In this document: positions 48,308-57,599 of the stretch, piece after piece
Layout of the letters: every line of letters begins with the position of its first letter
How positions within the stretch are numbered: the stretch's first letter is position 1
Origin: Candidatus Latescibacterota bacterium
GTDB taxonomy: Bacteria; Latescibacterota; UBA2968; UBA8231
Length of the DNA stretch: 64,000 bases
Direction of reading: 5' to 3'
NCBI GenBank assembly: GCA_964291625.2
Contig: OZ220089.1
Span: forward strand, 608,001-672,000
The notes under the pieces: generated by a model
The model's database searches: none
What the model saw: only the letters and a program-made list of their open reading frames with translations
What the model was told of the DNA's origin: nothing
Program-made: the position numbers and the translations under genes

Positions 48308-48946
48308 TCAGAACCACTCCCCGGCCGCGTAGAGACCCCCCAGAAGCAGGACCACGAAGAGCACGGCCAGCAGGTCGAAGCGGCGGTCGATGAAGTCGCG
48401 CACCGGCTCGCCGTACTTCCACAGCAGCCCGGCCACCAGGAAGAACCGCGCCGACCGGCTCACCAGCGAAGCGCTGACGAAGACCGGGAAGGAGATGTCG
48501 AAGGCCCCGGCCGAGATGGTGATCACCTTGTAGGGCAGGGGCGTGAAGCCGGCGGTGAAGACGACCCAGAACCCCCAGCTCCCGTACTGGGCCTGGACGC
48601 GCTCGAACTTCTCCACGGTGAAGCCCGGGACGCGGTCGAAGAAGAGCTGGGCCACCTGGGACAGCTCCCCCGGCCCCGCCCACCACAGCCAGTGGCCGAT
48701 GCCGTACCCGGCGATGCCGCCGAGGACGGAGGCGGCCGAGGCGATGAGGGCGAAGCGCCAGGCCCGGCTGCGGGCGCCCAGGACCATGGCGATGAGGAAG
48801 GCGTCGGGCGGGATCGGGAAGACCGAGGACTCGAAGAAGGCCCAGAGGAACAGGACGAGGCCGCCGTATGGGGTCCCGGACCAGCCCAGAAGGCCGTCGT
48901 AGAGGCGCCGGAGGGGACCGGCCCGCGAGGTCCGCCCATCAGCCAC
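48308..48946 (-). CDS. DedA/YqaA (VTT) family membrane protein
   Basis: ESSVFPIPPD, GFTPLPYKV, SRSARFF. Confidence 0.9.
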   Translation of the reverse strand: MADGRTSRAGPLRRLYDGLLGWSGTPYGGLVLFLWAFFESSVFPIPPDAFLIAMVLGARSRAWRFALIASAASVLGGIAGYGIGHWLWWAGPGELSQVAQLFFDRVPGFTVEKFERVQAQYGSWGFWVVFTAGFTPLPYKVITISAGAFDISFPVFVSASLVSRSARFFLVAGLLWKYGEPVRDFIDRRFDLLAVLFVVLLLGGLYAAGEWF

Positions 48947-50075
48947 CGAGCCAGCCCTCCGTGCGGAAGTGCCCGCGCCGGCGCCCCTCCCACCCGAGGC
49001 GGGCGATGACCTTGCGGTCGGCCCGCGGCATGGCGTAGCCGTCGAGGCCGCCCGGCGAGACCCAGGCCCAGTCGGCGCAGCCGAGGGCGCGGACCCGGCC
49101 GCCGAGGCAGCGGGCGGCGAAGGCGTGGAGCCGGATCGAGCGGTGCGAGTAATCGTGGTCGACGACCGTCAGGGGGCGCTCCACCTCGATGTCGAGGGCC
49201 AGCTCCTCCCGGACCTCCCGGCGCAGGCAGGCGGGCAGGCTCTCCCCCGGCTCCTGCTTGCCGCCGGGGAACTCCCACATCCCCGCGAGCATGCCGCCGG
49301 GCGGGCGCTGGGCCAGCAGCAGGCGGTTCCCCCGGCGGATCAGGCCCGCCGCCACCTCCAGGTGGGGCCGCGGCCGGCGCTCCGGCCGCACGGGCAGCGC
49401 CGACGGGTCGTCCAGCTCGGACCGGGCGCGGCAGTCGCCCCCCCACGGGCAGTCGCCGCAGCGCGGGCTCGACGGCGTGCAGACGCGGCCTCCCAACTCC
49501 ATCAGGGCCTGGTTGAACTCCCCCGGGCGGGACCTCGGCATGAGGGCCTCGCCGGCGGCGATCAGCCGGGCCCGCACCGAGGCGCGCGCCGGGTCGTCCT
49601 CGACCCGCAGGAGCCGGCAGAGGAGGCGGGTCACGTTGCCGTCGAGCACGGGATGGGGCCGGTCGAAGGCGATGGAGCTGACCGCCGCCGCCGTGTACGG
49701 TCCGACCCCGGGCAGGTCGAGGAGGCCGTCGTAGGTGTCGGGCAGCCGGCCGCCGTGCTCCCCGGCGACGGCGCGAGCCGCCCGGTGCAGGTTGCGGGCC
49801 CGGGAGTAGTAGCCCATCCCCTCCCACGCCTTGAGGACCTCGCCCTCGCCGGCGGCGGCCAGGGCCTCGACCGTCGGGAAGCGCTCCAGGAAGCGCTCGT
49901 AGTACCCCCGCGCCGTCTCCACCCGGGTCTGCTGCAGCATCACCTCCGAGACCCAGACCGCGTACGGGTCCGCCGTGCGGCGCCAAGGCAGGTCGCGGCG
50001 GTGGCGGCGGTACCAGGCCAGCAGCCGCCGCCTCAGGCCGGCGCGCCGGCGGGCGTCTCCGAGGTCGCCGGTCAC
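48939..50075 (-). CDS. mutY: A/G-specific adenine glycosylase
   Basis: WVSEVMLQQT, GYYSRARN, LPGVGPYTA, CTPSSPRCGDCPWGGDC, C-terminal NUDIX-like WEFPGGK. Confidence 0.95.
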   Translation of the reverse strand: MTGDLGDARRRAGLRRRLLAWYRRHRRDLPWRRTADPYAVWVSEVMLQQTRVETARGYYERFLERFPTVEALAAAGEGEVLKAWEGMGYYSRARNLHRAARAVAGEHGGRLPDTYDGLLDLPGVGPYTAAAVSSIAFDRPHPVLDGNVTRLLCRLLRVEDDPARASVRARLIAAGEALMPRSRPGEFNQALMELGGRVCTPSSPRCGDCPWGGDCRARSELDDPSALPVRPERRPRPHLEVAAGLIRRGNRLLLAQRPPGGMLAGMWEFPGGKQEPGESLPACLRREVREELALDIEVERPLTVVDHDYSHRSIRLHAFAARCLGGRVRALGCADWAWVSPGGLDGYAMPRADRKVIARLGWEGRRRGHFRTEGWLGG

Positions 50076-51082
50076 CGGTCCGCTCCCAGGCGATCGGCGG
50101 GCAGGGGCGGGGAGCCGTCGAGGGAGGGCTGATCGCTGGCCGCCACCACGGCGTTGAGGACGGCTTCCTCGCAGCTCTCGGCGGCGGCGGCGAACAGCTC
50201 CGGCAGCTCTCCCTCGGCGGTAGCGGCCGCCGTCACCGCTCCCGGTCCGGCCGGGGTGTCGTCGCGCAGCGCCGTGGTGGACAGGGCGAGGATGGTGCCG
50301 CCGGAGGTGTTCCCGTCGAGCAGCCCCACCCGTACCAGGCCGAAGGAGGCCCGCGAGGCCAGGCGGTCGAGCTGGACCGGCAGCAGGGGGGCGTCGGTGG
50401 CGACCACGGCGGCGAAGGTGCGGCGCCGCTCCGGCGCCAGGGGCTCCAACCCAAGCCGCGGGCCGACGCGCTCGCCGTCGACGGTCAGGGACCCCGGCTC
50501 GCCGCCGTTGGCGGCCAGCAGGACGCCCACCACACCGCCGCCGGTCAGCCGCCGCGAGGCGGTGCCGACGCCGGCCCGCGCCCCGAAGGCGGCCAGGCCG
50601 CGGCCGACGCCGGACTGGCCCTCGGCGGGCGGCTCCCCGGAAGCGGCGGAGAGGGCGGCGGCCGCGTGCTCCTCCGTGAGGCCGGCGTGGAGGGACGCCG
50701 CCGGGGCCGGCACGCCGTCCACGGCGATCAGTCCGGGCGGCCAGCCGGCGTCCTCGGGGAGACCCGCGTCGAGTCCGAAGCCGTAGGCCAGCAGGCCGTC
50801 GTAGATCCGTCCGGCGGCCTGGGGCGGGGCCAGCACCAGCGGCGTGGAGAGGGCGCCGAAGTCCTCGGTCATGGCCAGGCCGCCGATCAGCTCGTCGCCG
50901 CCGTCGAGGGACCAGCGGCCGGCGAAGAACCGCCGCGGCGCCCCGGGGAAGGGGACCAGCGCGGTCACGCCGCTCTGGCCTCCCGCCGCGTGCCCCACGC
51001 GCACGCCTGGCACGTCGGTGACCGCGTTTGCGGCGCCCGGCCCCAGGCGGCCGACGGCGAGGCCGAGGTCGCGCAGCCTCAT
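50072..51082 (-). CDS. P1/S58 (DmpA-like) family protein, divergent paralog
   Basis: MRLRDLG, NAVTDVPGVRVGH, GTASR, ATDAPL, EEAVLNA. Confidence 0.75.
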   Translation of the reverse strand: MRLRDLGLAVGRLGPGAANAVTDVPGVRVGHAAGGQSGVTALVPFPGAPRRFFAGRWSLDGGDELIGGLAMTEDFGALSTPLVLAPPQAAGRIYDGLLAYGFGLDAGLPEDAGWPPGLIAVDGVPAPAASLHAGLTEEHAAAALSAASGEPPAEGQSGVGRGLAAFGARAGVGTASRRLTGGGVVGVLLAANGGEPGSLTVDGERVGPRLGLEPLAPERRRTFAAVVATDAPLLPVQLDRLASRASFGLVRVGLLDGNTSGGTILALSTTALRDDTPAGPGAVTAAATAEGELPELFAAAAESCEEAVLNAVVAASDQPSLDGSPPLPADRLGADR

Positions 51083-52323
51083 CCGCCGCTGGCCTCCTCG
51101 TAGCGCTCCATGACCTCGACGAGTTCCTCCAGGGGCAGGCCGTGGATGGTGTTGCCGTCGCGGCCGACCATGGTCCCGGCCGCGGTCAGGGCGTTCAGGA
51201 TCGCCTCCTCGGCGGCCTCCACGACGCCGGCGAAGAGGCGGCTCATGTGGGAGTAGTGCAGGAGCTGGAGCGAGCCCGCCGCCGAGGCCGGATCGTTGCC
51301 GGTGGAGAAGGCGATCACCAGGTCGCCGCTGCCGTGGGTGGAGATCCCCCCGGTGCGGGCCATGCCGACGAGGGCCCGCTTGCACAGACGCTGCAGCTGC
51401 ACAGGGATCAGCGGCGCGTCGGTGGCCGCCACCATGAGCAGCGAGTTGCCGGGGGCCCCGGCCGACGCCGGCGCTCCTCGCTCGGGGAGGCGGTCCGTCA
51501 GCCGGCGTCCCACGGGCACGCCCTTCACCCGCAGCTGCGGCCGGCGGCCGAAGTTCGCCTGCACCAGGAGGCCCACGGTGTACTCGCCGCCGTCGCGGCC
51601 GACGGGGATGCGCCGCGAGGCGGTGCCGATGCCGGCCTTGAACTGGAAGGCGCGCATGCCGGTGCCGCCGCCCACCGAGCCCTCGGCCACCGGCCCGCCC
51701 GAGGCCCCGTCCAGGGCCCTGGCCACGTGGGCGGGGCCCAGGTGGCCGCCGGCGGTGTCGTGCAGGAATCCGGCCCACGTCTCCCCCACCACGGGGTCCG
51801 GCCGGAAAGGGGCGTCGTAGGCGGCCGGATCCTGGTCCAGGGCCCAGCCGACGGCGCCGTCGTACGCGCGGCCGACGCTGCCGGTGTCGGTGAGCAGGAC
51901 GGGGGCGGCCAGGACGCCGGTGCGGCGCACCGGTCCCAGGCCGGTGAGCTCGCCGTTGCCGTTGATCGTCAGGTCGGCGGCGAAGACCGGCCGGCGCCAG
52001 GGCAGGTCCGGGCGGGGCAGGACGGCGGTGACGCCGGTGCGCACGGGACCGCGGCCGACGACGAGGGGGCCCTGCCCCTGGATGAGGGTGACGTGGCCGA
52101 CGCGCACCCCCGGCACGTCGGTGATGGCGTTGGCCGCTCCGGGCGGCAGTTGGCCGATGACGATGCCGAGGTCGCGCAGCCGCGGGCGGGCCGTGGTGCC
52201 CGGGGCCGCCGGCCCAGCCACCGCGGAAGCCAGGCCGGGAGAGGCCACGGCCGGCAGGGCCGCGGCGGTCAGGCCGAGGCCGAGGAACCGCCTCCGCGAG
52301 AGGGCCGGTCCGGGAGGGCTCAC
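51079..52323 (-). CDS. DmpA-like aminopeptidase/esterase with Tat signal
   Basis: SRRRFL Tat motif; NGNGELTG, EGSVGGGTGM, GNSLL..ATDAPL, HGSGD. Confidence 0.88.
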   Translation of the reverse strand: MSPPGPALSRRRFLGLGLTAAALPAVASPGLASAVAGPAAPGTTARPRLRDLGIVIGQLPPGAANAITDVPGVRVGHVTLIQGQGPLVVGRGPVRTGVTAVLPRPDLPWRRPVFAADLTINGNGELTGLGPVRRTGVLAAPVLLTDTGSVGRAYDGAVGWALDQDPAAYDAPFRPDPVVGETWAGFLHDTAGGHLGPAHVARALDGASGGPVAEGSVGGGTGMRAFQFKAGIGTASRRIPVGRDGGEYTVGLLVQANFGRRPQLRVKGVPVGRRLTDRLPERGAPASAGAPGNSLLMVAATDAPLIPVQLQRLCKRALVGMARTGGISTHGSGDLVIAFSTGNDPASAAGSLQLLHYSHMSRLFAGVVEAAEEAILNALTAAGTMVGRDGNTIHGLPLEELVEVMERYEEASGG

Positions 52324-53183
52324 GCCTCGCGCTGGTCGGCGATCGCCTTGCACTGGCGCAGGCCGACGCCGGACCGGTCCTCCAGCCCCTTCCAGGCGTA
52401 GGGGTCCTCGCCGCAGATCATGACGATGTCGCGGAAGTCGGCCCGGGCCGGGCTCTCGCCCTCGAGCGGGTGCCACGGCAGCCGCGACCAGGCGTTCATG
52501 TAGTGGTTCACCAGCACGCGGCGGTAGTCGCCGCTGCGGTTCTTCCGCGAGCGGTGCAGCAGGTAGCCGTTGAAGAACACCGCGTCCCCCGTCTTCGCCT
52601 CCACCGGCACCTCCCCGGAGTCGTCGAAGCCGTAGGACTCGGGGGCGCTGTCGAACTCCTCGGGATCGTCGTGGGGGCGCTGGTCGTAGAGGGCCCACTT
52701 GTGGGAGCCGGGGAGCACCCACATGCAGCCGTTCTCGAGGGTGGCGTCGTCGAGGGCGATCCAGCCGCCGGTGAGCGAGCGGTCGCGGGTGGGGATGAAG
52801 ATCTCGTCCTGGTGCCAGGCCTGGCCCTGGAAGCCGGGCGGCTTGACGAAGAGCATGGACTGCATGCACTTCACGTCCGGCCCGATGAGGCGCGACAGGA
52901 CCCGGGCGAGGCCGGCGTGGCGGACGCCGCGGTCGAGCATCACCGGGGAGATCTTGTGGGGCTGGTGGATGCACAGGAACCCGCGCAGCACCTCGTCGTC
53001 GGTCAGCCCCTCCGGCATCGGCTCCAGGCTCGGGTGGGGGTACTCGCCGCGGCAGACGCGCAGGGCGTCGGCGCGCAGCACCTCCACCTCCTCGGGGCTC
53101 ACCAGCCCCGGCACCACGAGGTAGCCCTGCTCGCGATAGGATTGCACGTCGGCGTCGCTCACCAGTCCGTTCTTCATCTCCAA
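52320..53183 (-). CDS. Phytanoyl-CoA dioxygenase (PhyH) family Fe/2OG enzyme
   Basis: QSMLFVKPPG, WHQD, WIALDDAT..NGC..PGSH, LLHRS. Confidence 0.9.
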   Translation of the reverse strand: MEMKNGLVSDADVQSYREQGYLVVPGLVSPEEVEVLRADALRVCRGEYPHPSLEPMPEGLTDDEVLRGFLCIHQPHKISPVMLDRGVRHAGLARVLSRLIGPDVKCMQSMLFVKPPGFQGQAWHQDEIFIPTRDRSLTGGWIALDDATLENGCMWVLPGSHKWALYDQRPHDDPEEFDSAPESYGFDDSGEVPVEAKTGDAVFFNGYLLHRSRKNRSGDYRRVLVNHYMNAWSRLPWHPLEGESPARADFRDIVMICGEDPYAWKGLEDRSGVGLRQCKAIADQREA

Positions 53184-53191
53184 GCTCTCCT

Positions 53192-54280
53192 TCAGGTCTC
53201 CACGGCCTGCGCCACCGCCCGGCCCAGCTCTTCCGTGGTCATGGCGCCGCCGATGTCGGGGGTGCCCGTGCCCGCCTCGGCCAGGACGGCGGCCACGGCC
53301 GCGTCGATGCGGGAGGCGGCGGCCCGGGCTTCGTCGTCGTCGTGGCGGTCTCCCAACCAGCGCAGCATCATCGCCGCCGAGAGGATGGCGGCCACCGGGT
53401 TGGCGATCCCCCGGCCGGCGATGTCGGGCGCCGTGCCGTGGGAGGGCTGGAAGACGGCGGCCTCCTCGCCGATGTCGCCGGAAGGGGCCATGCCGAGGCC
53501 GCCGATGAGGCCGGCGCCGAGGTCGGAGAGAATGTCGCCGTACATGTTCTCGGTGACCATCACGTCCCAGCTCTCCGGCTGGCGCACGAGGTAGAGGGCC
53601 ATGGCGTCCACGTAGGCGTGGCCGGCGTCGACGTCGAAGCCGGCGGCCACCTCGTCGAAGACCTGGCGGAAGAACGCCATGGAGCGGAAGACGTTCGCCT
53701 TGTCCACCAGGGTAACGCCGGCGGGGCGGTCGCCGCGGCGCCCCTCGAGCCGCTCGGAGCGGCGCTGCAGGGCCAGGCCGAAGGCGTAGCGGGAGATGCG
53801 CTCCGAGCCGGAGCGGGTGATCACCATGGTGTCCACGGCGGTCTCCTCGCGCAGCCGCACGCCGCCGTTCATCGAGGCGAAGAGGCCCTCCACGTTCTCG
53901 CGGAGGATGACGAAGTCGATGTCGCCGGCGCCGTAGCCCTTCAGCGGGCAGTGGTGGGCGGCGTGGAGGTAGATGGGCCGCACGCCGGCGTAGAGGTCGA
54001 GGAGGATGCGCAGGTCGATCTGGGGCCGCATCTCGGTGCCGTCGGGCCAGCGCACGTCGGGCAGACCCATCGCTCCGAGGATGACGGCGTCGGCCCGCCG
54101 GCAGGCATCCACCGTGGACTCCGGCAGGGGATCGCCCTGGTCCAGGTAGCAGCCGGCGCCGCAGGGATGCTCGGTGTACCTCAGCTCCGGCCCTCCGGCC
54201 GCGTCCAGCACGCGCTGAGCCTCGGCCACGACCTCCGGGGCGATGCCGTCCCCCGGCAGGACGGCGATCTCGTAGGCCAT
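53192..54280 (-). CDS. Isocitrate/isopropylmalate/tartrate dehydrogenase family protein
   Basis: LPGDGIAPEV, RENVEG, DKANV, NMYGDILSD, SHGTAPDIAG..ANP. Confidence 0.9.
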   Translation of the reverse strand: MAYEIAVLPGDGIAPEVVAEAQRVLDAAGGPELRYTEHPCGAGCYLDQGDPLPESTVDACRRADAVILGAMGLPDVRWPDGTEMRPQIDLRILLDLYAGVRPIYLHAAHHCPLKGYGAGDIDFVILRENVEGLFASMNGGVRLREETAVDTMVITRSGSERISRYAFGLALQRRSERLEGRRGDRPAGVTLVDKANVFRSMAFFRQVFDEVAAGFDVDAGHAYVDAMALYLVRQPESWDVMVTENMYGDILSDLGAGLIGGLGMAPSGDIGEEAAVFQPSHGTAPDIAGRGIANPVAAILSAAMMLRWLGDRHDDDEARAAASRIDAAVAAVLAEAGTGTPDIGGAMTTEELGRAVAQAVET

Positions 54281-54285
54281 CGCCC

Positions 54286-55551
54286 TCAGCTCCAGAGCCG
54301 GTCGCTGGAGGTCTCGGAGTTCCAACCCACGGTGGGCCCGAAGGGCTCCCCCGCCTCCGGATCGGCGAACTCGCGCAGCACCTCCTCGTTCAGGCCCTCG
54401 AAGCCGAGGCCCGGCGTCTCGGGCACGGCGATGTGGCCGTCCTCGATCAGCGGCACGGGCAGGCCCGTCACCAGGCTGCTCCAGCGCTCCAGGTCGTCCA
54501 CCGAGTGGTTCTCGAGGACGAGGAAGTTCTCCGTCGCCGCCGCCGCCTGCACCGAGGCCATGGCCGCCACCGGGCTCATGGCCATGTGCAGGGCCATGGC
54601 GATGCCGGCGTCCTGGGCGGCGTCGCCGATCTTCTTGGTCTCCAGGATGCCGCCCGACGAGGCCAGGTCCGGGTGGGCCACGGCGATGGCGCGGCGGCCG
54701 AAGAGGTCGGCGAAGCCCTCCTTCAAGTAGATGTCCTCGCCGGTGCAGACCGGCGTCTCCACCGACTCCGAGAGCCGCTGGTACTGGTCGGCGAGCTGCC
54801 ACGGGATCATGTCCTCGTACCAGGCGAGGCTGAACTGGTCCAGGGCGCGGCCCAGGCGGATGCACGACTCCAGGCCGAGGTGGCCGAAGTGGTCGGCCGC
54901 CAGGGGCACCTCGTAGCCGGTCTCCTCGCGCACGGCGGCGACGTACTCGCACAGCAGGCCGATCCCCCTCTCGGTGATCTGGATGCCGGTGAAGGGGTGC
55001 ATGACGGTGGTCGACTCCAGCATGCCCGGCGGCGCGATGACGCAGTCGGACCGCCCGCGCAGGGTCCTCAGCCCGATGTCCATCTTGAGGAAGGCGAAGC
55101 CGTCCTCCATGCGCTGCCGCAGGCGGCGGCCCATCTCGCGGCCGTCGTCGACGGTGGGAGTGTCGCAGTAGCACAGGACCTTGTCGCGGAAGCGGCCCCC
55201 CGCCAGTTGGTACGCTGGCACGCCGTAGGCCCGCCCCGCCAGGTCCATGAGGGCCATCTCCACGGCGCAGACGCCGCCGGCCTGGCGGGCGTGGTGGCCG
55301 AACTGCTTGATCCGCCGGAAGAGGCGGTCCACGTCGCAGGGGTTCTGCCCGAGGAGGCGGCTCTTGAGCATGAGGGCGTACGTGGGGCTGCCGCCGTCGC
55401 GGACCTCGCCGTACCCGGAGATCCCCTGGTCGGTGTCGATGCGGATGAGGGTGGAGTGGAACGGCGCCCCCTTGAGGCGGGCGACGCGCAGGTCGGTGAT
55501 CCTCAGGCTCGACGGGCGGGAGGCGGTGTGGACGTTGGCTTCCGGGCTCAC
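54286..55551 (-). CDS. Mandelate racemase/muconate lactonizing enzyme family protein
   Basis: DTDQGISGYGE, EMALMDLAGR, KMDIG, WYED, TGED, GGILETKKI. Confidence 0.88.
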   Translation of the reverse strand: MSPEANVHTASRPSSLRITDLRVARLKGAPFHSTLIRIDTDQGISGYGEVRDGGSPTYALMLKSRLLGQNPCDVDRLFRRIKQFGHHARQAGGVCAVEMALMDLAGRAYGVPAYQLAGGRFRDKVLCYCDTPTVDDGREMGRRLRQRMEDGFAFLKMDIGLRTLRGRSDCVIAPPGMLESTTVMHPFTGIQITERGIGLLCEYVAAVREETGYEVPLAADHFGHLGLESCIRLGRALDQFSLAWYEDMIPWQLADQYQRLSESVETPVCTGEDIYLKEGFADLFGRRAIAVAHPDLASSGGILETKKIGDAAQDAGIAMALHMAMSPVAAMASVQAAAATENFLVLENHSVDDLERWSSLVTGLPVPLIEDGHIAVPETPGLGFEGLNEEVLREFADPEAGEPFGPTVGWNSETSSDRLWS

Positions 55552-55662
55552 GTGGGGTTCCTGGCGGGTGTCGGTGAAGAAGAGGCTGGGCGGCGCTTCG
55601 AAGCGGGATAGGGTAGCCGGGGGCCGGGGCGGGCGCAACGCGGAGGGCACGACCACTTGCCG
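55519..55662 (+). repeat. Repeat A copy 1 (5' end and upstream region of the enolase-family gene)
   Basis: Aligns by eye with 57421-57559 (ggaggcggtg..ttggctt.cgggctcacg..cgaagcggga.agggtagccgg..cgcaacgcg). Confidence 0.85.
55610..55638 (-). promoter_or_regulatory. Putative sigma70 promoter of the enolase-family operon
   Basis: TTGCGC-17 bp-TACCCT; both boxes recur in the duplicated copy at 57510-57536 with a 15-bp spacer. Confidence 0.45.
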
Positions 55663-55787
55663 CCCGGCGCGATGCGGGGTTCTCCATCCACCGTTATCTT
55701 TCGCAGGCCTGCCTCCCCTCCCAGGACAGACCCTCTGGCTCGCTCCCCGGCGGGACGGTGACCAGCCTCACAACTGAAGCTCATACC

Positions 55788-57242
55788 ATGGGTTACGTCT
55801 GGACTCCCATCGAAGACTACGAGTCACACGAAGTGCTCGCACACAAGGAGCTCGGCGCCTTGGCCGAGGTCTGGCGAGAACGACGCCAACAGCTGACCAA
55901 TCAGCGGGAGTACCGTGACTTCGAGCAGCGGCTGAAGCGCGAGTGGGCCATCGAGACTGGCTTGATCGAGCGCCTCTACACGCTGGACCGCGGTATCACT
56001 CAACTACTCATCGAGCACGGCATTCAGGCGGCCTTGATCCCCCATGGGAGCGGTGCGAACCCGGAAGCGACCGTGGCCATGATCGAGGATCATGAAGCGG
56101 CGGTCGAAGGTGTGTTCCAGTTCGTGAAAGACCAGCGATCACTGTCCACGAGCTACATCAAGGAACTTCACGCCTTGATGACGCGGCACCAGTATACCGT
56201 GGAAGGTGTCGACCCCCGCGGGAGAAAGACGGAGGTCCCTCTCATCCGCGGCGATTACAAGCGGCTGCCGAACAATCCCAATCGGCCGGACGGCTCGGTC
56301 CATGAGTATTGCCCACCGGAGCAGGTCACCGCCGAGATGGACCGGCTCATCGCCATGCACGAGGCCCACGCCGGCGCCGCTCCCGAGGTGGAGGCGGCCT
56401 GGCTCCACCACCGGTTCACCCAGATCCATCCTTTCCAGGACGGCAACGGACGGATCGCCCGCGCCCTCGCCACCCTGGTGTTCATCAAGGGAGGTTGGTT
56501 CCCGCTCGTGGTCAGGGACCGGGACCGGGCCCGCTACATCGAAGCCTTGGAGCATGCCGATTCCGGCGACCTGAAACCCCTGGTGGGCTACTTCGCGCGC
56601 CTGCAGAAGGACGAGTTCGTCCGGGCTCTCAGCATTGCCGAGGACGTCAGGAGGTCACGCCGCGCCGAGGACGCGATCAGGTCCGTGCGGGAGCGGTTGC
56701 AGGCCCGCAGGGACGCGCTCGTCGCCGAATGGGAGACAGCGAAGTCCATCGCCTCCTCGCTGCGCGACCATGCCCAGGAGCGCCTCAATAGCGTTGCGGA
56801 CGAGTTGGGCCGCGAGATGGGCGATGTGCTGGAGCACGGCTCCTACTTCGCCGATGGCGCGGCCGAGGGTGGGGACAGGAGCCATTACTACCGCTACCAG
56901 ATCATCCAGACCGCAAGGCAGCTCGACTACTTCGCAGGTACCCACACATACCGTTCCTGGGCGCGCTTGGTGATGAGAAACGCCAATCAGACGGAGTTGT
57001 TGATCGCCTTCCACGGAATCGGGCACGAGTTTCAGGGGGTACTCGCATGCTCGGCGACGTGGTTCCAGCGCGTGGAGACGGAGCAGGGCGAGAGGGAGAT
57101 TGGCCCGGTGACACCGCTCTCGGACGACGTATTCCAGATCAACTACAAGGAACCTCACGAGGATGTCGAGGCCAGATTCTCGAACTGGCTGGAAGACGCC
57201 ATCGTCCGTGGTCTCAGTCTGTGGCAGGAGACGTCGTTGTGA
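55788..57242 (+). CDS. Fic family protein with C-terminal extension
   Basis: HPFQDGNGRIAR motif; N-terminal TGLIER resembles the inhibitory helix; lower GC than flanks. Confidence 0.9.
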   Translation: MGYVWTPIEDYESHEVLAHKELGALAEVWRERRQQLTNQREYRDFEQRLKREWAIETGLIERLYTLDRGITQLLIEHGIQAALIPHGSGANPEATVAMIEDHEAAVEGVFQFVKDQRSLSTSYIKELHALMTRHQYTVEGVDPRGRKTEVPLIRGDYKRLPNNPNRPDGSVHEYCPPEQVTAEMDRLIAMHEAHAGAAPEVEAAWLHHRFTQIHPFQDGNGRIARALATLVFIKGGWFPLVVRDRDRARYIEALEHADSGDLKPLVGYFARLQKDEFVRALSIAEDVRRSRRAEDAIRSVRERLQARRDALVAEWETAKSIASSLRDHAQERLNSVADELGREMGDVLEHGSYFADGAAEGGDRSHYYRYQIIQTARQLDYFAGTHTYRSWARLVMRNANQTELLIAFHGIGHEFQGVLACSATWFQRVETEQGEREIGPVTPLSDDVFQINYKEPHEDVEARFSNWLEDAIVRGLSLWQETSL

Positions 57243-57300
57243 CACCGGCGCCCCTTGTCCTGCCGTCGATGATCTGCCCGCTGGTCTCGGGCTGAGCCCA

Positions 57301-57422
57301 CCCCACCCGTCTGCCGAGAGGTCCCTCGCGCACCGTCACCGGCAGCCTGCGCGGCCGCAGGATCCCCGTCGGCTCGAGCCGCCAGGGGGACATCGGCGTC
57401 ACCCCGGGGCGCCTGAAGGAGG
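57301..57422 (+). pseudogene. Duplicated 5' fragment of rsmD (repeat B copy 1)
   Basis: Nearly identical to 60581-60702 (cgtcaccggcagcctgcg.ggccgcaggatccccgtc.gctcgagccgccagggggacatcggcgtcacc..cgcctgaaggagg). Confidence 0.9.
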
Positions 57423-57559
57423 AGGCGGTGCGGACCTTGGCTTGCGGGCTCACGCAGGGCTCCTGGGGGGGTGGGACGAGCCCCCCGGGCGGGGCGCTCG
57501 AAGCGGGACAGGGTAGCCGGGGCGAGGGCCCCGCAACGCGGCGGGTCAGGGGGCTGCCG
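57421..57559 (+). repeat. Repeat A copy 2, fused to the rsmD fragment
   Basis: Diverged copy of 55519-55662; junction at GGAGG(C) microhomology. Confidence 0.85.
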
Positions 57560-57599
57560 ATGTTCCGGCAGAGCGATCCAGGCGTGAAGCTGACCCCGT

